Below, one piece after another: positions 9,136 to 18,041 of a DNA stretch of 64,000 nt. Numbering within the stretch: the stretch's first letter is position 1; each line of letters begins with the position of its first letter. The DNA comes from Fidelibacterota bacterium (GTDB taxonomy: Bacteria; Fidelibacterota; Marinisomatia; Marinisomatales; UBA1611). Where the stretch lies: positions 4,106 to 68,105 of the forward strand of contig JABIHN010000018.1 in NCBI GenBank assembly GCA_018649625.1, in the 5' to 3' direction. A program made the position numbers and the translations under genes. The notes beneath the pieces are model-generated. The model worked only from the letters and a program-made list of their open reading frames with translations, searched no databases and had not been told where the DNA came from.

Positions 9136-10581
9136 ATGAGCAACGAACAAAAAATTATAGATGATAATCTGAAAAAGGACTACGAATATGGTTTTGTCAC
9201 AGATATTGAATCAGAGACTCTACCGCCTGGTCTTAATGAAAATGTAATTCGGATTATTTCCGCAAAAAAAGAAGAGCCGGAATGGCTATTAAATTGGCGA
9301 TTAAAAGCTTATCGTCATTGGCTTAAAATGGAAGAACCAAAATGGTCAAAAGTAGTTTATCCCGAAATTGATTTTCAGGCAATTAGTTATTTTTCTGCAC
9401 CTAAGAAAAAAGAGCTGGCGAGTTTAGATGAAGTAGATCCTGATTTGCTTGCCACCTATACAAAACTGGGAATTCCTTTAGAAGAACAAAAGATGCTTTC
9501 TGGTGTTGCCGTAGATGCTGTGTTTGATAGTGTATCCATAGCGACGACATTTAAAGAAGAGTTGAAAAAAGCAGGTGTTATTTTCGGTAGTTTTTCAGAT
9601 GCCGTTAAAAATTATCCTGAATTAATTCAAAAATATTTAGGGTCTGTTGTCCCTTATACTGACAACTATTATGCCGCATTGAATTCAGCGGTTTTTACAG
9701 ATGGCTCATTTGTGTATATCCCGAAAGGTGTTCGATGCCCAATGGAACTTTCAACGTATTTTAGAATCAATGAAGCTAATACGGGGCAATTTGAGCGTAC
9801 TTTAATTATTGCAGATGAAGGGAGTTACGTTAGTTATTTAGAAGGGTGCACCGCACCTCAACGTGACGAAAATCAACTTCATGCTGCCGTAGTGGAATTG
9901 GTGGCTCATAAGGATGCTACCATCAAATATTCTACAGTTCAAAATTGGTATCCCGGACACCCTAAAACTGGTACTGGTGGAATTTATAATTTTGTTACAA
10001 AACGTGGAATCTGCTTAGAAGAAAATTCACGTATTTCTTGGACACAAGTTGAAACAGGATCAGCTGTTACTTGGAAATACCCATCTTGTATTTTAAAAGG
10101 TGATAATTCGGTGGGAGAGTTTTATTCCGTGGCCGTAACAAATAATTTTCAACAAGCGGATACCGGTACAAAAATGATTCATTTAGGAAAAAATACAAAA
10201 AGTACAATTATATCTAAAGGTATCTCAGCAGGAAAAGGTCAACAAACTTACCGAGGTGAAGTGAAAATCATGAAAGGAGCTGAGAATGCTCGGAATTTTT
10301 CTCAATGCGATTCAATTTTAATTGGTAATCAGTGTGGTGCCCATACATTTCCGTATATTGATGTTCGAAATCCATCGGCGAAAATGGAGCATGAAGCCAC
10401 GACTTCTAATATCGGCGAAGATCAACTCTTTTACTGTAATCAACGTGGCATATCATCTGATGATGCTGTTTCAATGATTGTTAATGGATTTTGTAAAGAT
10501 GTATTTAAAGAATTACCAATGGAATTTGCTGTAGAAGCAACCAAATTAATGGAAGTCAGTTTAGAAGGAAGTGTGGGATAA
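9136..10581 (+). CDS. sufB: Fe-S cluster assembly scaffold SufB
   Basis: 481 aa. Typical SufB blocks [33 protein letters not shown] and [22 protein letters not shown]. Confidence 0.95.
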   Translation: MSNEQKIIDDNLKKDYEYGFVTDIESETLPPGLNENVIRIISAKKEEPEWLLNWRLKAYRHWLKMEEPKWSKVVYPEIDFQAISYFSAPKKKELASLDEVDPDLLATYTKLGIPLEEQKMLSGVAVDAVFDSVSIATTFKEELKKAGVIFGSFSDAVKNYPELIQKYLGSVVPYTDNYYAALNSAVFTDGSFVYIPKGVRCPMELSTYFRINEANTGQFERTLIIADEGSYVSYLEGCTAPQRDENQLHAAVVELVAHKDATIKYSTVQNWYPGHPKTGTGGIYNFVTKRGICLEENSRISWTQVETGSAVTWKYPSCILKGDNSVGEFYSVAVTNNFQQADTGTKMIHLGKNTKSTIISKGISAGKGQQTYRGEVKIMKGAENARNFSQCDSILIGNQCGAHTFPYIDVRNPSAKMEHEATTSNIGEDQLFYCNQRGISSDDAVSMIVNGFCKDVFKELPMEFAVEATKLMEVSLEGSVG

Positions 10582-10585
10582 AATA

Positions 10586-11323
10586 ATGTTAGAAATAAAA
10601 AATTTATATGGCGGTGTCGAAGGTAAGACCATTTTAAATGGAATTAATTTGTCTATTAAACCAGGTGAAATGCATGCTATCATGGGGCGAAATGGTTCAG
10701 GTAAAAGCACTTTGTCAAATATCATTACAGGTCGAGATGGATACATGGTTACAAAAGGTGATGTGCTTTTTAATGGAGAATCAATTTTAGATTGGTCCCC
10801 GGAAGCTCGGGCCTTGGCTGGAATCTTTATGTCATTTCAATATCCAGTTGTAATCCCAGGGGTAAACAATACCTACTTTTTAAAAGCAGCTTTAAACGCA
10901 AAACGGAAAAACGCGGGTAAAAAAGAACTGGACGCAGTAGGATTTCTAAAGCTTATCAAAGAGAAATTGAAAGAAGTTGATATGGATCCTAAATATCTTC
11001 AAAGAGCTGTGAATGATGGATTTTCGGGTGGGGAAAAGAAACGAAATGAAATTTTACAAATGCTAACATTGGAACCGAAACTAGCAATTTTGGATGAAAC
11101 TGATTCTGGTCTGGACATTGATGCTTTAAAAATTGTAGCAGATGGAGTAAATAGATATAGAAACTCTAATCGGTCTTTTCTGGTGATTACTCATTACCAA
11201 CGTCTTTTAAATTATATTGAACCTGATTTTGTTCATGTATTAATCGATGGGAAATTTGTGAAATCAGGCGGGAAAGAGTTAGCATTAGAATTGGAAGAAA
11301 AAGGGTACAATTGGCTGGAATAA
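10586..11323 (+). CDS. sufC: Fe-S cluster assembly ATPase SufC
   Basis: Walker A GRNGSGKST, ABC signature FSGGEKKRNEI, Walker B LAILDETDSGLD. The track start GTG 10571 overlaps sufB; ATG 10586 (MLEIKNL) is preferred. Confidence 0.95.
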   Translation: MLEIKNLYGGVEGKTILNGINLSIKPGEMHAIMGRNGSGKSTLSNIITGRDGYMVTKGDVLFNGESILDWSPEARALAGIFMSFQYPVVIPGVNNTYFLKAALNAKRKNAGKKELDAVGFLKLIKEKLKEVDMDPKYLQRAVNDGFSGGEKKRNEILQMLTLEPKLAILDETDSGLDIDALKIVADGVNRYRNSNRSFLVITHYQRLLNYIEPDFVHVLIDGKFVKSGGKELALELEEKGYNWLE

Positions 11324-12591
11324 TGAGTTTCACATCTTTTCAAACTGAATTTGATAAAATGATGAGCCGGGATTATTTTTCCGATAAAGTTCATCCTATG
11401 AGAGAAGAAGCATTTTCTAAATTTATAGAGATGGGACTCCCAACTAAAAAATGGGAAGATTGGCGATTTACCAATTTATCGTCCATATCTGAACGGGAAT
11501 TCAGAATCTCCGAAATTCAAGATGCACCTAATAGTGATATTGATATCTCTCAATACGATATAAATGATTTAGATACGATAGTTATTTATAATGGTCATTA
11601 CCAAGAATCACTTTCATCAATGCCATCAGGTGTTCAATTGGTATCGGGATTGGAATACTTGAGCAAAACAAATTGGGAATTCAAATCACCCGAAACATCT
11701 CCATTTGATCTTTTAAATACCGCATTTATGGACAGTGGAATGTCTTTCATGGTTGATCAAAATGTAGTTGTAGAAAAACCCATTCGTATGCTTTTTATTT
11801 CTGCTGGTTTAGAGAGTCTTATGGTTACACCTAGAATTCATGTTGATTTAGGTGAGTCCAGTTCACTTACTTTTATTGAACATCATGTTGGAGATTCAAC
11901 ATCATTTTTTCAAAATGAATCCGTATTTATATCTTTAGGGCAAAATGCCCAATTAGATCATATTAGAATTCAGTCTAATTCTATTTCTACTTCAAATATT
12001 GCAAATATAAATGTGTGCCAAAATTCAGATAGTCAATATTATTTTTTCCAATATGCTGACGGGAGTCAATTAAATAGGCTCAATATTAAAACTAAACTCA
12101 TAGGAGAAGGCGCAAATTGCGCAATTAATGGATTGGCATTATCCAATGGAACTCAACATTTAGATCATCACATTATTACAGATCATTTAGTTCCTAATTG
12201 TACCAGTTCACAAAATTTTAAATCGATTTTGCAAGATCAATCTTCCGGTGTTTTTAATGGGCGAACAATTGTATGGCAAAATGCACAAAAAACAGATTCA
12301 AATCAATCCAACAAGAATTTACTCCTTTCTAAAAATGCGCTCATGAATTCAAATCCACAATTGGAAATTTATGCGGATGATGTAAAATGTGCTCATGGAT
12401 CTTCCACTGGTGCCTTGGGTGAAGATGCTCTTTTTTATCTTCGTTCCCGTGGTTTAAATGTGCTGTCAGCGAAAGCATTATTAGTTCGTGGTTTTGCTAC
12501 TGAATTACTGGATAAGGTAAAGCATGGTGGAATTCGAGACTTTATCACAGATCGATTTGATTTATGGCTAATGGAGAACACGAAAGAATGA
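11323..12591 (+). CDS. sufD: Fe-S cluster assembly protein SufD
   Basis: About 422 aa. SufBD-fold C-terminal region (NPQLEIYADDVKCAHGSSTGALGEDALFYLRSRGL). ATG 11323 overlaps the sufC stop as TAATG; the track uses TTG 11311. Confidence 0.9.
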   Translation: MSFTSFQTEFDKMMSRDYFSDKVHPMREEAFSKFIEMGLPTKKWEDWRFTNLSSISEREFRISEIQDAPNSDIDISQYDINDLDTIVIYNGHYQESLSSMPSGVQLVSGLEYLSKTNWEFKSPETSPFDLLNTAFMDSGMSFMVDQNVVVEKPIRMLFISAGLESLMVTPRIHVDLGESSSLTFIEHHVGDSTSFFQNESVFISLGQNAQLDHIRIQSNSISTSNIANINVCQNSDSQYYFFQYADGSQLNRLNIKTKLIGEGANCAINGLALSNGTQHLDHHIITDHLVPNCTSSQNFKSILQDQSSGVFNGRTIVWQNAQKTDSNQSNKNLLLSKNALMNSNPQLEIYADDVKCAHGSSTGALGEDALFYLRSRGLNVLSAKALLVRGFATELLDKVKHGGIRDFITDRFDLWLMENTKE

Positions 12592-12995
12592 CGGTTCGAG
12601 AAACATTAAATGAAATGAATGAATTATTTTCAATTTTCGATAATCCAAAAGACAAGTTTATCCAACTCATGGATATGGCAAAAGAATCGAAAGGATTAAC
12701 TGAATCTGAAAAGACGGATGAGAATAAAATTTATGGTTGTACATCTCAAGCTTGGGTTGTTGCAGATCGTAGTGATCAGGAAACTTTTACTTTTAGGACT
12801 GAATCTGACGCAATGATTGTAAAAGGATTGCTTGTATTATTAGAAAACATATTCAATCAGCAACCTGTTAATGAAATTTTATCCGTAAATAGTGTCGATA
12901 TATTAAACTCCATTGGATTGGATGGCGCAGTAACCAGCCAACGAACCAATGGTTTTTCCAGTGCAGTTGAAAAAATTCAAGGACTCGTGAAATGA
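12588..12995 (+). CDS. sufE: Cysteine desulfuration (sulfur acceptor) protein SufE
   Basis: Contains the active-site context YGCTSQAWV and SDAMIVKGL. ATG 12588 overlaps the sufD stop as ATGA; the track offers an earlier ATG at 12564. Confidence 0.85.
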   Translation: MTVRETLNEMNELFSIFDNPKDKFIQLMDMAKESKGLTESEKTDENKIYGCTSQAWVVADRSDQETFTFRTESDAMIVKGLLVLLENIFNQQPVNEILSVNSVDILNSIGLDGAVTSQRTNGFSSAVEKIQGLVK

Positions 12996-13534
12996 ACCAA
13001 GTTCCAAATGAATCGATTAGATTATTAAGGGATGTAGATGCCAATATGGTTCCTTCGGGCGATGAAGTCAAATTGCTTGCAGGGAATTTGGTGCGTGTTA
13101 CTCAAGCTTTGGGCGGAAATTATACGATATTAATCAATGGGAATATGGTTCAGATTTCCGCAGAAAATGCAGATGCTCTCGGATTTGAAATTGAAAAAGA
13201 GTCAGATGAAAGCACACCAAAAGGAAATCTTGAGCAACAGGTTTGGGATCAGCTTAAAACATGTTACGATCCGGAAATCCCCATCAATATTGTGGAGTTG
13301 GGACTTATTTATGGTTTAGATATTTCTGAATTAGATGAAGGTAAATTAGTTAATATAAAAATGACTCTTACTGCACCAGGTTGCGGTATGGGTCCCATGA
13401 TTGGTGAAGAAGCAAATCGAAAAGTGAAAGCTTTGTCAGATGTTGAAGATGTTTTAGTCGAGTTAGTTTGGGAGCCGCAATGGAATCGGGATATGATGAG
13501 TGAAGCTGCTCAATTAGAACTGGGAATGTTTTGA
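12992..13534 (+). CDS. sufT: SufT-type DUF59 protein (long form, about 180 aa)
   Basis: The C-terminal DUF59 module has CYDPEIPINIVELGLIY and TLTAPGCGMGPMI. An N-terminal extension of about 80 aa matches SufT-like proteins. Its ATGA overlaps sufE. Confidence 0.8.
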   Translation: MNQVPNESIRLLRDVDANMVPSGDEVKLLAGNLVRVTQALGGNYTILINGNMVQISAENADALGFEIEKESDESTPKGNLEQQVWDQLKTCYDPEIPINIVELGLIYGLDISELDEGKLVNIKMTLTAPGCGMGPMIGEEANRKVKALSDVEDVLVELVWEPQWNRDMMSEAAQLELGMF

Positions 13535-13620
13535 TTTTCCTGCCACAAAGAACATCAAGAAGCGCAAAATCCTTAAATAAAATTCTTAGCGATTTTTCGC
13601 GACCTTAGCGGCTAATTATA

Positions 13621-14814
13621 ATGAATTTTTCAGCAAAAGAAGTCAAAAAAGATTTCCCCATTTTTAAAGACTCTAATTTAGTCTATTTGGATAATGCGGC
13701 AACAACACAAAAACCCCAAGCTGTTTTAGATGCGGTTGAATCCCTTTATAAAGAAGCTAATGCCAATGTGCATCGAGCTCTTTATTCACTCGGAAGCGAT
13801 GCCACGGAACGATTTGAAAATTCACGTAAAAAGGTTGCCAACTTTATTGGTGCACCTTCAAAGGAAATTATATTTACCAGTGGTACAACAGAATCAATTA
13901 ATCTTTTGGCTCGCACGCTTGGAGACACATTAAATTCCGGTGATGAGATTCTAATTTCTGAAATGGAACATCATTCTAATATTGTTCCTTGGCAAATGGC
14001 TGCAAAGCGAACCGGTGCTTCTTTAAAATATATACCAATTACAGAATCAGGTGAATTGGAATTGGAAAATGCTGATTTTAATATCAAGACAAAAATTGTT
14101 TCTCTTACTCATATGTCAAATGTTTTAGGGACAATTAATCCTATTGAAGAATTATCTAAAAGAGCACACGAAGTTGGAGCAATCATGATTGTGGATGGAG
14201 CCCAAGGCGTTCCTCATATGGCTGTAAATGTAAAAGATTTAGGATGTGATTTTTATGCCTTTTCAGGACATAAAATGCTAGCACCCACAGGCATTGGTGT
14301 TCTCTGGGGAAAAACCGAACACTTGGAAGAAATGGATCCTTTTATGGGTGGCGGTGAAATGATTGATATAGTTAGTATGGAGTCTTCCACATGGAATGAA
14401 ATTCCCTATAAATTTGAAGCTGGGACACCAAATTTTGCACAAGCGGTTGGTTTGGGGGCTGCGATTGACTATTTAGAGAAAATTGGAATGGATGAAATTC
14501 AAAATCATGAAAAAGTTATTACACAATATGCTTATAACGCTTTAAATCAAATTGGTGGTTTAAAAATCTATGGTTCTGCTAAAGAGCGGGGTGGTGTTAT
14601 CAGTTTTAATGTGGATGGGATTCATCCTTACGATCTTGCTCAATTTTTAAACGAAGATAATATTGCGATACGTGTAGGGCATCATTGCGCACAACCACTT
14701 CTTAAAACCCTCGGAGAGACAGCTACGGCGAGAATGAGTTTTTATATCTATAATGATGAATTGGATGTGGATAAGTTCTGTGCATCATTGGAAACAATTA
14801 AAGGATATTTTTAA
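13621..14814 (+). CDS. sufS: Cysteine desulfurase, SufS (group II, CsdB-like)
   Basis: 397 aa. PLP-lysine context FSGHKMLAPTGIGVLWG. C-terminal active-site region RVGHHCAQPL. Confidence 0.95.
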   Translation: MNFSAKEVKKDFPIFKDSNLVYLDNAATTQKPQAVLDAVESLYKEANANVHRALYSLGSDATERFENSRKKVANFIGAPSKEIIFTSGTTESINLLARTLGDTLNSGDEILISEMEHHSNIVPWQMAAKRTGASLKYIPITESGELELENADFNIKTKIVSLTHMSNVLGTINPIEELSKRAHEVGAIMIVDGAQGVPHMAVNVKDLGCDFYAFSGHKMLAPTGIGVLWGKTEHLEEMDPFMGGGEMIDIVSMESSTWNEIPYKFEAGTPNFAQAVGLGAAIDYLEKIGMDEIQNHEKVITQYAYNALNQIGGLKIYGSAKERGGVISFNVDGIHPYDLAQFLNEDNIAIRVGHHCAQPLLKTLGETATARMSFYIYNDELDVDKFCASLETIKGYF

Positions 14815-14906
14815 TGAATTTGTTTTTCCAGAGATTGCGAAGTAATTATTTTGGAGTCCTATTTTACTGGAGGTCGGCTCTGGGACCGGCATGACAACAT
14901 AATTTT

Positions 14907-15158
14907 ATGAAAACAATTTTATTAGATGATTTTTTAGATGATGGAATTATCCGCGAGAAATCATTTCGACAAATGGTAGAAGATTATGATTTCAATCAGT
15001 ATGAAAATGAAAAAGTCATTATAAAAGGGTGTGCCAGCGTGGTAGTTCCCACATGGGCGTATTTGATGTTAACTGCACAATTGGCACTTGTTGCTGATAA
15101 AATCTATTATGGTGAACCACGATATGCCGTAAAAATATTTGATGGAAAAAATATTTAA
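14907..15158 (+). CDS. Small conserved protein, DUF2480-like (short, single-module form)
   Basis: 83 aa. DDFLDDGIIREKSFR...VIIKGCASVVVPTWAYLMLTAQL resembles the repeated module of DUF2480 proteins, which follow suf operons in Bacteroidetes (family recalled from memory). Confidence 0.45.
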   Translation: MKTILLDDFLDDGIIREKSFRQMVEDYDFNQYENEKVIIKGCASVVVPTWAYLMLTAQLALVADKIYYGEPRYAVKIFDGKNI

Positions 15159-15179
15159 AATGTTGGAGATAAATAGAAT

Positions 15180-15602
15180 ATGAAAAACCGTGTAAGTTGG
15201 GAAAAATATTTTATGAATATTGCAACAGAAGTTGCAACACGATCCACTTGCGATCGGAAGCATGTTGGGGCTGTCATTGTTCGAGAAAAGACCATTTTAT
15301 CCACAGGGTATAATGGGAGTATTAAGGGGCTTGCTCATTGTGATGAAGCGGGACATGAAATGGTGGATGGGCATTGTATTCGAACCACTCATGCAGAAGC
15401 AAATGCAATTGCTCAGGCAGCAAAAAATGGTGTTGGAATTAAAGATTCAGAAATTTACGTGACTGCTTCACCTTGTTATAATTGTTTTAAGCTTATTGCT
15501 AATTCAGGAATAATTACTATTTACTATGATGAATTTTATCGGGATGATCGAATAATCAATCATGCGAAAGAAGCGGGCATTGAATTGATATCTTTAAATT
15601 AA
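15180..15602 (+). CDS. Deoxycytidylate (dCMP) deaminase
   Basis: 140 aa. Zinc motifs HAEANAI and PCYNCFKLI. N-terminal W.KYFM..A..VA.RSTC. Confidence 0.9.
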   Translation: MKNRVSWEKYFMNIATEVATRSTCDRKHVGAVIVREKTILSTGYNGSIKGLAHCDEAGHEMVDGHCIRTTHAEANAIAQAAKNGVGIKDSEIYVTASPCYNCFKLIANSGIITIYYDEFYRDDRIINHAKEAGIELISLN

Positions 15603-15646
15603 ATTGGTTTTAATTATTTTTTAAATTAAGTATTTCATTCTTTGCA

Positions 15647-18022
15647 GTGAAAGGGATTAATAGCCTAAACTTTGGGGTGAATCCATTTATCCCAATTCTA
15701 CTTCTCTTTTCCTTCATTTCTGCTGAGATTTATGATGTTTCTATTTCCGAAAATGATACCGCCAGCTATAACTATGCGGATTTCCGGATGTGGGTGGATG
15801 ATTCCACCGACACACTCCGGGGCATATACTGGTTTATGCATCCCAACAATGGCGATTCCCGTAATATTGTAACCGATTCGGCTTACCAAGCATTGGCCAG
15901 CGGTCAAAATTTCGCCCTCATGGGCGCTCATATTTTTAACATGCACATGAATACGGGCATTGGCGATGCAGTAATCGCAGCCATGGATTCTTTTGCTGTT
16001 TTGTTCCGCCACGATGAATTAGAATTTGTTCCCTTTTTCATCAACGGTTATTCTTGGGGTGGCCAATTCGCTTATCATTTCACCAAATGGATCCCTGAAC
16101 GGATTGTTGGGTTCATCACTCAAAAAGGTGGATACCACAATGCCGATCCGGCTGGAGATGCAATTGAAGTTCCAGGACTTATGTTTGTCGGTGAAAATGA
16201 CCTGCCTTATCGCATCGAAAATTTAACCGGCATCTTTTTAGATCATCGTCCATTGGACGCAAAATGGATTCTGGCCATGGAACAAGACGCGGGACATTCC
16301 CAAATTACAGACCATTCTTTTTTGGACTCATTTTTCAATACTGTAACGGATCTTCGTCTTCCGGATTCTATGGATGTATTCCAACCCATTATTTTGAATT
16401 CACTTACCGATTCAGTGGGCTGGTTTGGGGATCAAGATACATGGAATATAGGTTCTTTTGAATGTTATAATGGTATTATCGATTCATCATCTTGGTTCCC
16501 ATCTAGAAATGTTGGGGAACGGTGGCAGAATTTTGTTTCGGAAGGAATGGTGATAGATATAAGTGATTGCGAAAATCAAATTTGGTACATTTCTCCAACG
16601 GGTTCAGATTCTACTGGAGACGGTTCGGAGCAATATCCATTTGCCACAATACAGCATGGAATTGATTTATCGGATAATGGAGATACAGTCTTAGTATATC
16701 CAGGCATCTTTGATGAACCAATTGACTTTTTGGAAAAAAGCATAGTTATTGGTTCATTATATATATTGGAAGAAAATGAAAATTATATTGACGAAACTAT
16801 TTTGTCAAATTCGGTAAATATTATTTTAGCATTAGATTCAGAATTAAATGGGTTCACTTTTTTAAACATTGATTTATATTTAGAAGGTGGACCACAGGCC
16901 GTAATTTATATTGAAAATGCTTCTCCAAAAATTATAAATAATCGATTTGACAATCTGTATTTATTCCAATCTGTTGAGTCGGCTATTATCTATTGTGAGA
17001 GTTCAAATGCATTAATTATGAATAATGAATTCATAAATGGTACTATTGGAAATGGTGATGTATTAGGGGGATATATTTTGAGTAAGAACTCAAGCGTTAC
17101 TATTAAAAATAATCGATTTGATAATGGGTATGTAGGATTTGCAGAACCGGCAGGATTTATTGTATCTGTTAATTCGGAAAATATTATTGAATCAAATATC
17201 ATGAATAATCCATCTATGGGTTATTGCTATACATGTGCTGCTATTACTATTCTTGATAGTAGTGATTGTATAATTCGTAATAATTTAATTTTAAACGCAA
17301 TCGGTGATGGATATGGTGCAGTAGTTGCAAGTCACAGTCAATATGTATCGTATAATAATACTTTTGTAGCGAATAGCTTTGGGTATGCAAATTTATTTAG
17401 CGATGGAATAGTGATAAACGATATAAATTATGGGTCAAGCAATACATTTTATTTAGATGAAAGCTCAACAATTCAAGTGTCTTATAGCGATATTCAAGGT
17501 GGCTGGGCAGGCATAGGAAACATAAACTCAGATCCTCTTTTTATTAATCCAGATAGTGGAAATTTTAATTTGCTAGAAAGCTCTCACTGTATAGATGCTG
17601 GTACACCATTCTTCGCTTGGGATGGGGATACTTTAATTAATATGATGGAAGATGAGTACAATGGGAACACCCCGGACATGGGTGCTTTTGAATCTCCCTA
17701 TACGGCAACTGTGTCCATCGATGATGAAATTATCCCAACGGAATTTGTACTTCATCAACCTTACCCTAACCCATTCAACCATACCACAACCATTCGGTTT
17801 GATTTGATAGAGACACGTATTTCGACAGAGCTCAATAACAATGTGTCTTTACATATTTTTGATATAACCGGTCGCTTGGTGGAAACGATGTTGAACGGAA
17901 AAATAGAATCGGGAAATCACGAAATAAAATGGAATGCAACTCAATTTTCAAGTGGGATTTATTTTGTTGAATTGGTTTCCGGGCAAAATCGTTCCGTACA
18001 AAAGTTGGTTTTGCTAAAGTAA
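15647..18022 (+). CDS. Secreted multidomain protein: alpha/beta-hydrolase (esterase-like) + right-handed parallel beta-helix + T9SS C-terminal sorting domain
   Basis: GTG start with a signal-like N-terminus. Nucleophile elbow GYSWGG. Repeated I.NN.F/I.NN.I beta-helix turns. C-terminus PYPNPFNHTTTIRF...SGIYFVELVSG..VQKLVLLK. Confidence 0.75.
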   Translation: MKGINSLNFGVNPFIPILLLFSFISAEIYDVSISENDTASYNYADFRMWVDDSTDTLRGIYWFMHPNNGDSRNIVTDSAYQALASGQNFALMGAHIFNMHMNTGIGDAVIAAMDSFAVLFRHDELEFVPFFINGYSWGGQFAYHFTKWIPERIVGFITQKGGYHNADPAGDAIEVPGLMFVGENDLPYRIENLTGIFLDHRPLDAKWILAMEQDAGHSQITDHSFLDSFFNTVTDLRLPDSMDVFQPIILNSLTDSVGWFGDQDTWNIGSFECYNGIIDSSSWFPSRNVGERWQNFVSEGMVIDISDCENQIWYISPTGSDSTGDGSEQYPFATIQHGIDLSDNGDTVLVYPGIFDEPIDFLEKSIVIGSLYILEENENYIDETILSNSVNIILALDSELNGFTFLNIDLYLEGGPQAVIYIENASPKIINNRFDNLYLFQSVESAIIYCESSNALIMNNEFINGTIGNGDVLGGYILSKNSSVTIKNNRFDNGYVGFAEPAGFIVSVNSENIIESNIMNNPSMGYCYTCAAITILDSSDCIIRNNLILNAIGDGYGAVVASHSQYVSYNNTFVANSFGYANLFSDGIVINDINYGSSNTFYLDESSTIQVSYSDIQGGWAGIGNINSDPLFINPDSGNFNLLESSHCIDAGTPFFAWDGDTLINMMEDEYNGNTPDMGAFESPYTATVSIDDEIIPTEFVLHQPYPNPFNHTTTIRFDLIETRISTELNNNVSLHIFDITGRLVETMLNGKIESGNHEIKWNATQFSSGIYFVELVSGQNRSVQKLVLLK

Positions 18023-18041
18023 AAAGTGGTTGAATTGTAAA

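Noticed and set aside
14892-14894. In-frame TGA four codons upstream of the DUF2480-like ATG, as a second selenocysteine codon.
   Set aside because: The 26 upstream codons do not resemble the N-terminus of that family as I recall it. No hairpin follows the TGA; the only hairpin lies before it. There is no Cys-containing redox context.
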